A model generated the notes under the pieces. That model searched no databases. It was not told the origin of the DNA and saw only the letters and a list, made by a program, of their open reading frames with translations. A stretch of 64,000 nt of DNA. Origin: Octopus vulgaris. Lineage: Eukaryota. Position 1 is the first letter of the stretch. Every line of letters starts with the position of its first letter. Both the position numbers and the translations under genes were made by a program. The stretch lies in NCBI GenBank assembly GCA_951406725.2, contig OX597815.1, positions 133,734,001 to 133,798,000 on the forward strand, given 5' to 3'. This document shows positions 25,022 through 39,172 of this stretch, one piece after another.

Positions 25022-25490
25022 GCGTGCTTACGAGCAGCGCGTGTGCATGCTTGCGTGCGTGTGTTCTTACGAGTAGTTTTGTGTGTACGTGTGTTTACGA
25101 AAGCGCGCACCTCGATACATCATATGTTTATCTGTTCGTATAACTGTGTATATGTATAGGCATATGCAAGTCGTTGCCCGTGTGCTGCACGTACCTGTAG
25201 CATACGCGCACGAGTATATGCGTGCACGAGAGTGCGCCTGTGTAGGCGTCTCTGACTTATGTGTTCGTGTGCTCGCGAATCTCTACACGCATTATACACG
25301 TACGTTCTCATATGATTTGGTGTGTACAAATGTATAGCTTGCTTGCATGCGTGTTATGCGCGCGCGTGTGTGTGTGTCCCGGCGTGTAGTTCGATTCCGC
25401 GTACGTGCTTACAAGTGTTGTTGTGTGAGGTTTAGAGCGAGCGAGCGTATATGTGCATGCGCGTTTGCTTTGTGTTTGTTATTGTCGTGT
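24720..25490. repeat. Degenerate alternating purine-pyrimidine tract, CpG-rich
   Basis: Many CGCG, CGTG and TACG runs within TG/TA alternation. Confidence 0.75.
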
Positions 25491-26676
25491 TTGAGAAGGC
25501 GGGGATTGTTGAATAGCCTCAAGAAATGGGAATAGAAGGACATGATTGTTGCTATTAGTGTAGTTTTTTAAGGATTTGGGGGTTAACGTGTAAATTTGAA
25601 ATTTGTAATATTGTGTATATTTATTTACTCTGTATGTGCATTATTTATATTTAAGAGTGGAGGACTGATTTATACATAACCTGTGCAAGTCCTTCTCGGA
25701 TACAAAAGACGAGTGGGTTGCGTGAGACGGAGTGTGTTCAAAGTGGATCTTGCTCAGTATTAAATAATGCATGTTTTTGTGTTTGTATTGTACCACTCAT
25801 AGAGTTGATATATAACGTAATGACTCTTTCTATGGAGCGATCATTCTTGCAATGAATGACTTATATTTTAATATTTGATGCGGGTTATTGAGCGTAAGGT
25901 ATGTGTACAGACCGGGTGGCCAGAAGAATGCTGATGTTGGGGTTGGAGACAGAATATAACCGATAATTTCTGAAGAGCAATCAGTTATAGTAGCAGCAGA
26001 AGAGTGGGATGGGGGAAATCAGCACGACGATGGATTAAGGGATTGAAAATTTTCAAAGGAGAATTTTATCGATCAGGCTGATGGTATTCTTCCAATGCTG
26101 AGTAGGGTTGCAGTACATAAATGTAATGTGATTGGACTTCGAAATGTATATAGGCAATTCTTCAGTTTTCTCAACAAAACATAAAAGCAACCAGCGTACT
26201 GTTTATGAAATTGAAAATATTAAATTTCTGATATATTTTTTCCACATTTCTTAAAAACGTGTCTTATTATAGTATGCAAATGAATCATATCGAATCTCCT
26301 CTTTCTTATTTTAGTCAAAACATAAGAATGATATGTTTATAAAATACGTAGAAATATTGCTATCTGATCGAATCCTACGTTTACAATGAATATTCAAGTC
26401 TGTGAAGTACTTGAGTAAAAGTTAAACTAAATTCACTTGCATTTCTAATAATGCCTTCAGAAACAAACAAAAAGATATAACGATGTTTTAAGCACTTAAA
26501 TGATTACATTTTTTGTATTCGTCTGAAAAATATTTGTTATAGTTAATTCATCAATTATTCTAAGTCTTAAACATTTGATAAAAATGTGAATAAAAAACAA
26601 AGAAACACGATACAAATAGACTTTTGTGCACTGGAACGATTGGGGGTGGGGGAAACAAAACAGTAATTTAATTCTT

Positions 26677-26912
26677 TTACTTGTGTCAGCCATTGGAGTG
26701 CGGCCTTGCTGGGGCACTGTCTTGAAGGGTTTAGTGGAACAAATCGCCCCCCAGTACTTCTTAAAAGTCTGGGAATTATCCTATCGGTCCCTTTCACCAA
26801 ATCACTAAGTTATGGGGACTTCAACAAACCAACGCCAGTTGTCCAGCGGTTAGGGCGAACAAACACAAAGACACATACATTATATATATATATATGTGTG
26901 TATGTATAATAC

Positions 26913-26946
<34 letters not shown>

Positions 26947-27090
26947 GACGGGCTTCCATACAGTTTCTGTCTACCAAATTTTCTCACAAGGCATTGGTCA
27001 AGCTAGGGCTATAGCAGGTGCTGCGCACTGGGGCTGAACCTGAAACCACGTAGTTGCAAAGTAAACTTCTTAACCGCACAACCTGCGCCT
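26677..27090 (-). mobile_element. CORE-like SINE family C with internal microsatellite
   Basis: Reverse complement of the 33334 copy. Confidence 0.85.
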
Positions 27091-27372
27091 ATTTGTTGAA
27101 AAAATATCGGAAGTAAATTTTCTCGTTTAAAATCCACACGAACTGAATGCCTTATTTGATGTTTAACTTCCTGTCATCCCCCAATCGAGCAAATCTATGA
27201 TCAAAGTCCATGACCATCCCGTCTTTTTTTTCTTCTCTGGCTTAGATCCAAAATGCCAGACCACTTCCTCTATCTTCTTTACTCTCAGACAAAAGGAGTG
27301 ACCCGAAATGCTGATTTTAATAACTTTTATAACTTCCTCATTGTATGTATAGGACTACACTAGCAAATATAT

Positions 27373-27725
27373 TCGTGGCTGTGTGGTAAGAAGCTTGCTT
27401 CCCAAGCACATGCTTCTGGGTTCAGTCCCACAGCGTGGTATCTTGGGCAAGTGTCTGCTACTATAGCCTCAGGCCGACCAAAGCCTTGAGTGGATTTCAT
27501 AGACGGAAACAAATAAGTCCGTCGTATATGTGTCGTGCTTGTCCCTCACTACCGCTTGACAGCCGGTGTTGGTGTGTTTATGTCTCCGTAACAAGGCAGC
27601 TGGGCAAAAGGGGCCGATAGAATAAGTACCAGGCTTAAAAAAAAGTACTGGGGTTCGATTTATTCAACTAAAATTCATCAAGGCAGTGCCTCAGCATGGC
27701 CGCAGTCTAATGACTGAAACAAAAG
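27373..27725 (+). mobile_element. CORE-like SINE family C
   Basis: TGGCTGTGTGG A box, GGTTCAGTCCC B box, CTTGGGCAAGT CORE-like motif, tail CAGCATGGCCGCAGTC...TGACTGAAAC. Confidence 0.88.
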
Positions 27726-29856
27726 ATCAGTGGCATGTGATCCGTGGTAGATTTGGGCTATTATTTCTAACACGTGGAATGACCTCATAGAGACTCCGTC
27801 TTTGTCTCAGAGTAGAATGCCATTAGGTTTTGTAGGTACGATATAAAGGTTATTTTTTTTTTAGAATAGGCATCAGTGTTACAACTTTCCGTTCTTCAAA
27901 ACGTGCTTCCCGCAAGAAAGCAACAGCCTTCTCCCGAAGACAGAATAACAAGATCATAATAGATGGGCTGCTTAGGAGAAAAAGTCGACAGACTTCTTTA
28001 AGCTTCGAACTTTTACGATCAAAGAGCGGTGAATAAGAAACAAGAACGATGAATTAGATATCAGATCATCTCGGCGTCAGAGTTCTTATGCTTCATGCTT
28101 TCATAGAGAAGGACACTAGAAATCACGGTAGCCTTCTAAATTATGTTTATGACAAGATCAAAGCAAATTTAGTCAGCTTTGATCGGCAGATCTATATCAT
28201 TGAGGGCGTTCTAGACATGACCATACCGGCTTGTTTCTATCTAAGCTGGCGGAAGGCGGAATTGTTCGAGCGTCAGAAATCTCTTGTGGCATTTGTTCCA
28301 GCTCTTTATATTGTGAGTTCAAATCTTGCCAAAGTCGATAAGTACCAATCAAAAGCTGAGGTTAATTGTATTGACTAAATACTCTTCCCATCAAAATTGC
28401 TGGCCTTGTGCCTTTAAACTTTAATTAGAAACCATTGTATCTAAGACTACATTAACAATGTATCCCTGCATAAAAAAAAAAACAAAGAACAGTAAGGTAT
28501 GAATTGAGGGAAATCTAGCTTCTATTCGTAGCATTCAAGCGATCACATAGTGGCTTTGTTGGCCAGTATATATTTACAAGAATAAATATAATTGACTGTA
28601 TGCTATTCCTGCAAATACGTGGCCATAAAAGCCAATGCGATGAGACATTATTTCTTAATCTACTGCATTTTGCAACAAGTTTATGTATCAACGTAGACTT
28701 TATAAAGATTCCTACTTTTTAGCGTGAGAGGATAATTCGATCACTTCTATTATAAATCCATTCACACCTCAACTGTAATTAAAGAAAAATATAAAATGGA
28801 ACACAGTACTTGACTTGTATACTGTTATCTCTTGAAGGAAGAAAGGTACAGTCGACCTCGGCCGAATCTGAACTAAGAACAAAAGTATCGGAACTAAATA
28901 CCGCGAGGTACTAACGATTCTACCTGTCCACTGGTGGACATTGTGAACCACTGAACTAGATACCCGTTTCCAATTAGTTTGGTAATCTATAATCAGGTAG
29001 TTCTCACTGTGTTCCTATCTTCTTTAAAGAAATAGCAGATGGCCGAGTTGATTGAGAGTCGAACTATCCAGCTTCAGAATTGTTGGTTCTTATTCACTGC
29101 TTCAGCATTGTGTAGTGTCAGTAGCCAAGACTCTTTAACTTTTGCTGACTCTATCCATTGCGCTTCGATATGTGTGTTCTTTAGCTTGTAGCACTGAATT
29201 TAAGTTATAGTATAGACCTCGAGAAAGTAAAAGGGTCGGGTGCTTATTTTGTATAATATTAAGCAAAGCTTTTAATGATACGAACTTATGACACTTCAGA
29301 CGTGAGGTTGACACCTTATCCACTCGGTCATTACGGTTCCAACATATTCGAAAATATACTCAACAAAAATAGTTTTGCGTTTATACTTTCTGAAGTTTGA
29401 CACACTGTCACTTAAGACTGCGTCTGTTATGTGACACCGTCTTCTCTTCTGCTTGCTTCTTCAACTGTCTTCTGACAATTTTTAAGCGTTCTTTTGATTT
29501 TTTTTTATCTTTCTTGGTATTTTCTCTTTTCTGCTGTATTTTTTTCAATTCTTTTGTCTTCCACTTCGTTTTGTTATTTTGTTCCTTCTATTCTGTATTC
29601 CTCTTAATTTTTTCATTCATTCTTTTATCCTACCAGCGCCTCACTCTCATTCTGTCGTCTTCTTTCTAACTGTTTCCTTCTCTCATTTCACCGAAGTTAG
29701 TTCGCCGATAACGGTAACTGGATTTATAACTCAGTTCGATTCGAAACTGAAATCATTTCACATATTCCAAACCACCAATATCTTTGGAAAGACCATGAAC
29801 ATCATAATTACCCCTTTCTTTTTCGTCATAGAATTGAGGCGTTATACTTAGCGCAA

Positions 29857-29901
<45 letters not shown>

Positions 29902-30274
29902 CACCATCACATACAGAGTGAAAAGAAGAAAAAACTAGAGAGAAAGAAGTTAACAATTACTTGTTATTACAAATTGGTCATCTTCGCTTCTTACAACCAT
30001 TTCAATTAATATTCAATAATTTAATTACAATTTTGTACATTAAATTTGCATTTATGTGACAGGATAATTTCATGAGAGAAAAAATGTCCCTTGGAATGTT
30101 ATATGTGGGTCTATCAATTCATTACAGCAGACCATTTACTTAATACACAGCTATTGTTTCAAGGGAATCTCATTCCCCAACAATACTAGGTATTGAACCA
30201 GTATTTCCTTGAATGCAACCATCTCTTCACGAGGTTAACATATCCTCTAATTATATATATGTGTGTATGTGTGT

Positions 30275-30610
30275 CTTGTTTCAGTTGATGGACTACGGCC
30301 ATGCTGGAACATCACCTTTTAGGGTTTAGTCGAACATGTCGACCCCCGTACTTAATCTTTTAGAGCCTAGTATTATTCTATCGCTCTCTTTTTCCGAGTC
30401 GCTAAGTTATAGGACGTAAACCAACAACAATCGCCAAGCGATGCGGAGAGACATACACACATATACACAACAGATTTCGCTCAGTTTCCGTCTGCCAAAT
30501 CCAGTCACAAGGCTTCGGTCGACTCAGGGCTATAGTACAAGACACTTGCCCATAATGCCATGCAGTGGGACTAAACTCAAAACAATGTAGTTGGGAAGCA
30601 AACTTAAACT
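30275..30610 (-). mobile_element. CORE-like SINE family C (diverged)
   Basis: Homology to other family C copies. Confidence 0.8.
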
Positions 30611-31493
30611 ACATTTATGGTGTGAGATTATGTTGTGAGCTATATGAATTTATTGCCGTGCCTGACAATTAATTATAGAGGTTTACAAGTCAGAAATTCG
30701 ACAGAAATGGTAAATTATTGCTAAATGTCTAACAGTATTTAGTCTTATCTCTATAATCAGAATTCAAATACTCCTGTGATCGACTTTGCTTTTCGTATCT
30801 CGGGAGGGTCAATGAAATATGTACTAGTTGTAAACAAAGTCGGTTGCATTCGGCTGAGTCCGGTCCTTTACAATTATTCCTTTTGTGAAAACTATATAGA
30901 ACAGGAATGGAGGGATTTTCTACAAGACCACGGCGTTCGTAAGAAGGGATTTCATATAAATGGTGTGGAATTTATAGAGAACCATTGCCCTATCTCATAA
31001 AGACCGATGCAGCGTAGTGGCTCAAGTATTTTCTGCAGCTGGAAAGCTTAGCACAGAAGTTTATAATAGGGGAAAAGAGGAGTGAGAGTAACTCGATGGG
31101 ATAGATTTTCACAGAAAGTTGGAAGATGGGAGTTTGTCAGTTGGATGGATAGAGTTCTCATACGGTGACACAGATAACCCACATTGTATGTATCGACGAG
31201 AACCTGATATTTCTTGTTACAAAATTCTTTCAGCTTTCAAGGGTGGTAAGAGATTCCGATTTTAGGTAGGCCATCAAAAGAAAGTTTTACATAGAAATTA
31301 AAATCCTTGTTACGAACTGCTCTTTCTAAAAGTGACTCTTAAAGATTGTGTGATTGCCTTATTGAACTAAAGTTTGAATTATGTAAATAGCAGAACAATA
31401 AATACTAAAGAGAGAAAGACAGTCCTCGAAAGAAATTACTTTCCTCATTCGGTAGTTCCAGTAGGGTTGAGTAGATTTTGGTCGCTTCCTTCC

Positions 31494-31659
31494 CAAAGCC
31501 GTCTTAACAGCCTTGCAGCTCCTTGGGCAAATCAATGCACTGGGCCCTATAGTATTTTTTTGATAGCATGCTACGGCATACACAGATCATAACTGGGCCT
31601 CTAGACCCATGAGGCCCCCATGCAGCTGCCCAGTGTGTCCTTACACTAAGATAGCTTTG
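31494..31659. mobile_element. hAT-type MITE
   Basis: Termini CAAAGCCGTCTTA / TAAGATAGCTTTG; 8-bp flanks TTCCTTCC (31486-31493) and CTCCTTCC (31660-31667). Confidence 0.7.
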
Positions 31660-32743
31660 CTCCTTCCTTAAATCTAACGTGCCTTCGACTATAGCAAACA
31701 TACGTACATAAAGAGGCCGTCCTATCTGGTTAGCTCACTCCACGCTGCACCACTGGGTAGTTTCACTATTTTCTTTTTCGACACTCAAGTATTTGTCCGC
31801 AATGGAGGCTGTGAGTGCTAACGTTCATCTTTTGTCGGGTTTTGATCTGCTCTCACTTGAATTTGAACTCGCGACTTAGAAGTCTTGAATCCACTCTCAG
31901 GGATATATCGGTTGCACTCTTCTGTCATTAATCCGTCGCTCGGTTTAACATTATCGCATGAGATTTAGGTGTTTTATGCGGAGTGTCTCACTGTCGTAAG
32001 CATTCAAGCAAGATCTCCAATCTGCAGATAACTTCCTCTTTTTCGTCACTCGCGGAGAGGCATGCTGCCTTTCTCCCCTCTGAGATGTAAATTAAAAACT
32101 GCTATATTATCCTGGAACTTCGCTTATAGTTAGATATAGACTTAATGCAAAGGGCGGTCAGTTAAAGCTAAGATACAGCGCTGAATAAATAAATAAATGA
32201 ATACTTGCGTCTAGAAAGTTTTGTGTTTACTACAATATTTCATGTTAAATCAATTTAGTTTTCACTCTCAACGGGGAGTCGATAAAATAACTACCAAAAT
32301 TAGTAGGCTATCAAATAAAGGAAATATGCCCTTTAATCTCCAGTTCGTGTTGTATCCAGTAGAGCCTTCCACAAAAATGTAATTTGAATGTCATGGCTAA
32401 TATGTGGCTTCCGGGTAACTTTGGAAAAGTGAAGCCGTTGTTTACTCGAAATAGTTACGGTCTTAAAGGACACCGGATGTTTCCTCTAAACGGTAGTCCA
32501 ATTTAAAGGATTACAAAATAAAAGTATTAAAATATAAAAAAATGAACATCCGGAACAAAAGCAAGAAAAATATTTCATGCTCGATCAGATTTGACTGTAT
32601 TTGAACAAAAAAATAAGCTTTTCATTATAGTGGTATAAATGCCATTTATTGTTGCAATTTCACTGTGAGAGTGAATGAGAGAAAGAGATACAGAGATGGG
32701 TGGGGTAAATTGTCGAACATGTACGTTAACAACGATTCTTTCT

Positions 32744-33097
32744 TTTCTACTCTAGGCACAAGGCCCGAAATTTGGGGTGGGCGGGGGCCACTCAATTTGA
32801 TCGACCCCAGTACGTAACTGGTATTTAATTTATTTGAACTCAGAACGTAACGGCAGACGAAATATCTATTTCTTTACTACCCACAAAGGGCTAAACACAG
32901 AGGGGACAAACAAGGACAGACATAGGTATTAAGTCGATTATATCGACCCCAGTGCGTAAGTGGTACTTATTTAATCGACCCCGAAAGGATGACAGGCAAA
33001 GTCGACCTCGGCAGAATTTGAACTCAGAACGTAACAGCAGACGAAATACGGCTACGCATTTCGCCTGGCGTGCTAACGTTTCTGCCAGCTCGCTGCC
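32744..33097 (-). mobile_element. Family A SINE stack: tail-B body inserted in a tail-A copy
   Basis: Minus-strand junction TAAAGAAATAG|ATATTTCGTCTGCCG at 32866/32865; outer TSD TTAACAACGATTCTTTCT (32726-32743) / TTAACAATGATCCTTTCT (33098-33115). Confidence 0.9.
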
Positions 33098-33333
33098 TTA
33101 ACAATGATCCTTTCTGACATAAAAATGAAAGGGGCCACATAGAAAGGATATGCTACTTTTCTACCAATTTGCAAATCGCGCATTTTTACATAAGTGACTG
33201 CTAATATTAATTAAACTGAATTAATTACGGTTTTATGATATTTTTTATAGACATATGTAGTGTAAATAGTATTTTATGGGACTGTGATTACTAAGACTAA
33301 TTAAATTGACTTAATTACAGTTTCATAGTATAT

Positions 33334-33488
33334 GGGCGTGGCTGTGGTAAGTAGCTTGCTTACCAGCCATACGGTTTCAGGTTCAGTCCCACTACATGGC
33401 ACCTTGGACAAGTGTCTTCTACCATAGCCTCGGGCCGACGAAAGCCTTGTGAATGGATTTAGTTGACGGAAACTGAAAGAAGCTCGTC

Positions 33489-33556
<68 letters not shown>

Positions 33557-33735
33557 TTGTCCCTCCGCCATTGCTTGACAACCGATGTTGGTGTGTTTAT
33601 GTCCCCTCAACTTGGGGGTTCGGCAAAATTGATTGATAGAATAAGTACTAGACTTACAAAGCATAAGTCCTGGGATCGATTTGATCGATTAAAGGCGGTG
33701 CTTCAGCATGGCCACAGTCAAATGACTGAAATAAA
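33334..33735 (+). mobile_element. CORE-like SINE family C with internal (TA)n(TG)n
   Basis: Full head, ACCTTGGACAAGT, microsatellite ~33490-33556, tail. Confidence 0.9.
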
Positions 33736-33808
33736 ATTTTAAAAAAAGAATGAAACACGAATTAAGAATCTTTGTAGACATGTGGGGATTCCTGTATGTC
33801 CCTTTCAA

Positions 33809-33845
<37 letters not shown>

Positions 33846-33855
33846 CATATATATA

Positions 33856-34745
33856 TTAGCTGACGTACCCGGTAATTCCCGAGAAAGCGGGGCTTATCCC
33901 TTGGTTCCGTACTCATAATTGTTTCGCTAATCCAATAACAACAATATAAAGTATGTAGCCCTTAAAAAGGTTTTTGTGCATTTATTGAGAATACCGAACT
34001 GTCTTACACAGGATCTTGTTTTTAGGAATTCCCAATAAGTTATGAATACCCAGATTGTGAAGTCAGTTATGTAATAACATGAAATTAGTTACCCGAATAA
34101 AGTAGCCCCGAAAAGGGTTTTAATGCGTTCCCAGAGTATATAGAACATTGGCGGAAATACTAATAAGGTGCGTATACTAAAATCGTGAAGCATGTTACAC
34201 AATAACAGGCTAATCAGATATGAGATAATAACAATTCAAAGTAAATAACTCTGAAAAGGGCTTTTGTGCGTTCCAAGAGGGCGCTTGTGTTGGTATATTT
34301 GTGAATAATTACTAACCGAAATAAGTGGATCTGTTGTTTAGGAAAATACTATTTACTTGTTTAAGGGTTGTACTGCATAAATTGCGAAAATAACTCAACA
34401 GTTCAAATACTAAGAAATGAGCATACTCAATTTCATTTTCACCAAATAATTTAGGAAAATGAATGGGTTATTTCTCTTGGCTATATATAAGGATCCCTCC
34501 CAAGGCTTGAATGGGTTATTTCCCTTCGTTTTTAAAATAAAATATATTAGATATATATAAGGATCCTTTCCAGGGGCCCTATTATTGATTTTTTTCAACA
34601 ATCTGAGTATGCCATGAGATTTCCAGACATGAGTTCTACTCACGTGTCAAGTTTCATCAAAATCGATAAAAACGATGCAGGAAGAGTTAGCTAACAACTC
34701 CACCAAACACACCCACAGACAGAATTTCGCACATATGTAGTAGAT
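33856..34745 (+). mobile_element. Putative non-autonomous Helitron/Helentron-like element with internal tandem repeats
   Basis: Starts TTAGCTGACGTACCCGG..CCCG within a TA tract; ends AAGTTTCATCAAAATCG...ACAGACAGA...TAGTAGAT; three AAAGTA..GCCC..AAAAGG(G)TTTT units (~33948, 34098, 34237) and two GAATGGGTTATTTC...TATATATAAGGATCC units. Confidence 0.5.
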
Positions 34746-36927
34746 ATGTTATCTTCGCTTTCATGGTCCTAAATTGTAGGCTGGAAAATTACTATTGTCG
34801 ACGGCAAACGAAATACCAGAACATTGTGGCTTTTCACTGGTGTTCGCTGTCGGGTATGCTACGTTGTCGCGGTGTACCTCAGTTCCTATGTTGGAAATGC
34901 TCTTGCTATCACGAGAAGATATTATAGAACCAGATGCCTGTGTTTATGAAAATATAGGCCTTCACTATCGTCGCTTCTGATGCAGTTTACTTTTAGTTTT
35001 TTTACGACCCTAAACTCCATGTTTACCAACATCATTACGTATTGTTATAATTTCAAGAATCAGGACCAGTTGATGAAGCTAGCACAGTTTCACATATCAC
35101 CATTTGTCCTCTTTCGATTTAATACGTTCGTTTTATAACATGCTAGAAGTTACTGAAAAGATAAAGAAAAATAAACTAAATATTGCCGGTATATATGAGA
35201 ATACGATTCGAAAATCCAAAGGATCCAATAATATTTCGACTGAGACTTCACGATTACAGGTGATGATACAGTATGGAAGTTATGACGATGAACTAAAAGA
35301 CAGACAATGCTCGAGATATTGATAAAGTCCAAGAAAGAATTACAAGATTATGCATAATATTAAGGAAGTTAGTTATATTTTCTTTTATTTATTTATTTAT
35401 TTAGTATTAAGTAAATTCTTAATCTGTCATATTGTGGATGCTTATATGCTAGAATCTAACAGCTAGATCATCTTTGACCAAAGCTTTGTGAGCGGATTTG
35501 GTAGACGGAAGCTGGAAGAAGCCCGTCGTACATATGTGTGTGTGTGTGTGTTTGTCCCCACTACTGCTTGACAACCGGGATCGGTATGTTTAGTTCCCTG
35601 TAACTTAGTGGTTCGGCAAAACGGACCGATAGAATAAGTACCAGGCTTTAAAATAAGACTTGGGGGTCGATTTGTTCGACCAAAACCCTTAATGACTGAA
35701 ACAAGTAAAAGATAAAATATAACTATTTTAAATGGATGTAAAACGTAAGAGTTAAAGCGGCACTTAACTATTAGTGAGGTGCAAAACTATTGTAAAAATA
35801 AGCATCCATTCTTATTTATTCGTCCACGTATATAATAATATAACCGTGATATAGTTGCTTTGTTTAAGTACAGTATGGTGGAATGGTTAAGAAGCTTTCT
35901 TCGCAACCATGAGGTTACGTGGCATGTTAGGCGAATGATTGACCTAAATCTTGAGAAGAAAATTGGGTTGACGAAAATCATGTAGAAAACCGCCAGAAGT
36001 TAGTCATATCACCTGTCGTGCTGATTCTCTCAAAGATGTGCCACTTACACGTCCATTCAGGAGCAAGTAATTCAATTGATCGAATAATGAAACCTCATCA
36101 TCGAAGGACGGAAATTCGCCACTACTACCGCATGCCCTGTATCGTAAAAATAATTTAAACTCAAGACATCAGGAAGGAATATATATCAGATTCTTCCAAC
36201 TCCATTGTCTCGAAGATTCCCTAATTAGAAATAAAAAGAAATAAAAGGAAAAACTGGTAGTAATAAAAGAAATGTAGGTGGAGCTGTATAATTATAACCT
36301 TATGTGGCGGTATTTAGCGGAAGCTGCGAAGTTTGAATGAGAGATGAATGGGTTTAACTTGAAATTAAGTGGTAGCGGGAGAATAAATTTGTCTGAGATG
36401 CCCAGGTAGATTTTACGTAAGTTAAATAGATAACTGACGACTTAACCGTTAAAGCAAGAGATAAGCTGGTTCGCAGCTTAAGTACAACGTAAGGAATGCA
36501 GAGAGAAAGAGGGCGAGAGAGATAAGGGTGTTGGTTTATTGCTAGTTAGGTTCCGCCCTGCCTTGCCCAGCAAACTTGTGTAACCGTATAGGCTATTTTT
36601 TGTCAAGATTTCTATACCTTTTTTTTAAACATTTTTCTTATTCTTTGCGTTGTGTATACCCAATGAAATAAAAATAAAATTTAAAAACAAGAAGAAAACT
36701 GCCAAAATCTTTCTACCAAATATAGAATTAACATGTACATGTTAGCAGAAATTCTAACTCATCCAACACGAATTTGTTGGCGCGAGAATACTGAAGCTGA
36801 AGTAAAACGTATCCAGTTTGTGCTTCACGTTTCTAAGTTCAAATCTATTCTACTGTGGTCGGTAAATTAAGTAATAGTGATATACGAATATCGATTCAAT
36901 CGAGAAAAGTCATTAGCTTAATAAACC

Positions 36928-37262
36928 AGTGGTTCTCAAACATTTATTATATATGGGCCCCTTTGATTACAGTTTTATTCTAGTGGACCTCCATAGTTAT
37001 TCGATGTTTAAAAAACTAGTTTTATAGATACTTCTTTCAAAATACCTGCTTTGTTTTTCACACATTCACTTGTGTAGGTTGAACAATGTAAAACATTAGA
37101 GAAAGAGCCCTAGCTGTTTCTTGCAAAACAGTTAAAGCAAAATTTTTTCAAGGGCCCTAAAATACTATTGTGAATCCCCAATTTACTATTTTGTTGCGTA
37201 CTCCCACCTAAATCTTATATGGACCCTCAGGAGCCACACGAATCCCGGTTGAGAATAACTAG
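36928..37262. mobile_element. hAT-Charlie-like MITE
   Basis: CAGTGGTTCTCAA ... TTGAGAATAACTAG; 5' part homologous to the 47379 element. Confidence 0.7.
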
Positions 37263-37642
37263 CTTAAACGGGGGAAAAAAAAAATCACCTCGTTCTTGTA
37301 TTTTTGTTGGTTTTAATCATTGGACGGTGGCCTTACTAGAGTACCATCCTCAAGTTTGTTTTTTTAAAGTCATTTATATCGACCTCAGTGCTTTGTCACT
37401 TATTTCATCATTCCCGTAATATACGGAAAGCAAAGGCACCATTGGTGTAGGGGCAGAAGATTCAGACGACTTATTTACTATAAAGTATTTCTATTCGAAT
37501 GCACCGGGGTCTCACTACGCACTCTACACACACACGACGGCCTGCGGTTCAAGTATGTGTGTGTGTGTGTACAACAAATATGAATGAAATATTTCTTACA
37601 ATATTCAGTCAGAAGAGTATAGATTAAACAACATTTTCATTA

Positions 37643-37646
<4 letters not shown>

Positions 37647-37696
<50 letters not shown>
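37647..37696. repeat. (GA)n microsatellite
   Basis: Direct reading. Confidence 0.95.
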
Positions 37697-37698
<2 letters not shown>

Positions 37699-37892
37699 AC
37701 AGCTACATAGTGGCAATGATCGTTACACATTTTGCTACAAACACTTAATTGAGAAATTTAAGCAATTTGTAATACAAAGATCGTAGGCACTTTGCTGCGT
37801 ATGAAAGTTGTTAGCTATTGGTCAAACCAAAGCTGAGTACCTGCTATTTTTGTATTACAAATTTAAATAATCTTTGTACTTTACATAAGTGG

Positions 37893-38038
37893 AGGCGTGG
37901 CTGTGTGGTAAGAAGTTTTCAACCACATAGTGCCGGGTTCAGTCCCACTACGTGGCACCTTGGGCAAGTTTTTCAATTATTGCGTCAGGCCAAAGCCTTG
38001 TGAATGAATTTGATGGACGAAAACTGAAACAAGCCCGT

Positions 38039-38088
<50 letters not shown>

Positions 38089-38241
38089 CACGCGCGTGCG
38101 TATATATATAGTGTGTCTATGTGTCTGTTTCTCCCCCACTGCCGCTTGACAACCGATGTTGGTGTGTTTACGTCCTCGTGGCTTAGCGTTCGACTAAAAT
38201 TCTTCTAGGCGATGTCCCAGTATGACTGAAACAAGTAAAAG
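37893..38241 (+). mobile_element. CORE-like SINE family C
   Basis: GGCACCTTGGGCAAGT, internal (TA)n, partly deleted tail. Confidence 0.85.
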
Positions 38242-39172
38242 TTAGTGCTTGACTAGCGAGCTTACTATGCTGCGCTGGGAAAACATTTATAGAATTGATT
38301 TGCTTCTTGCGAGAGGTTGCACAAATACGAATTCTCTCAACTATTTGAAACTTTAACTTTACTCCTTAGTTATTTCGAAAACATGCAAACTTAAATCATA
38401 AAATACATAATCGTAATCTTGAAGCTCTTGGTATACAACGCTCTTTGTGTATTCCTCTTCATTTAACCCTGATCCGTCATCTCGCATATCCTGACCAAAC
38501 AAGGAATACAAACTCTTGAAATGGCTACGTAAAGATTAATAATAATGTGTTGCTATTTCATAATAACGTTTTGGCGTTGTCTGGCGATTGGCACGGGTTT
38601 CAAACTGTTTCCTGTTTATCAAACTCAGTAGTTTGACTAATTTAAGAAGAATGAGAAATCTAGAGATTTGTGGATACGCGTAACTAAGTTGGTGTATATT
38701 TGATCTAGGTTACTGTGTTTGGTTTTTGATTTGTATAACATATACTTGGGAGGGGGGGAGGCATATAGACCTGTGCAATTAAAACATTCGGAGCGTTTTC
38801 TCTTCCTCTGATTTGATGCCCAGTGGTGGGTACAAACTATATTATGCACAAGTAACGTAGTAGGTAGAGACGACAACGTGATTTTTCGCTAAGTATATAG
38901 GATAAAGTTCCTAAACATGTATTAAATCCTATTTGGACCGTTTTTGGTTGCATCCGATCTTCAGTGAATTAATTGGTTGCGAGTAAGAAACTTTTAGTCA
39001 TAAATCACAGTTTACCCTCTCAGAAAGCCTGATCAAAAAAGTCATGTGTTCGGCCGATTGAAAGTGCTGACAACACTGACGGCTTCCCAGGCACTACGTG
39101 CTACAAGTGTTTGGGAATCTTCGAACTATCGTAAATACATTGGATTATTTGGTAATTTTGTCAATAGAAAAT

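Noticed and set aside
30880-31400. Possible decayed LINE coding fragment
   Set aside because: Could not recover a diagnostic motif by eye; needs a translated search
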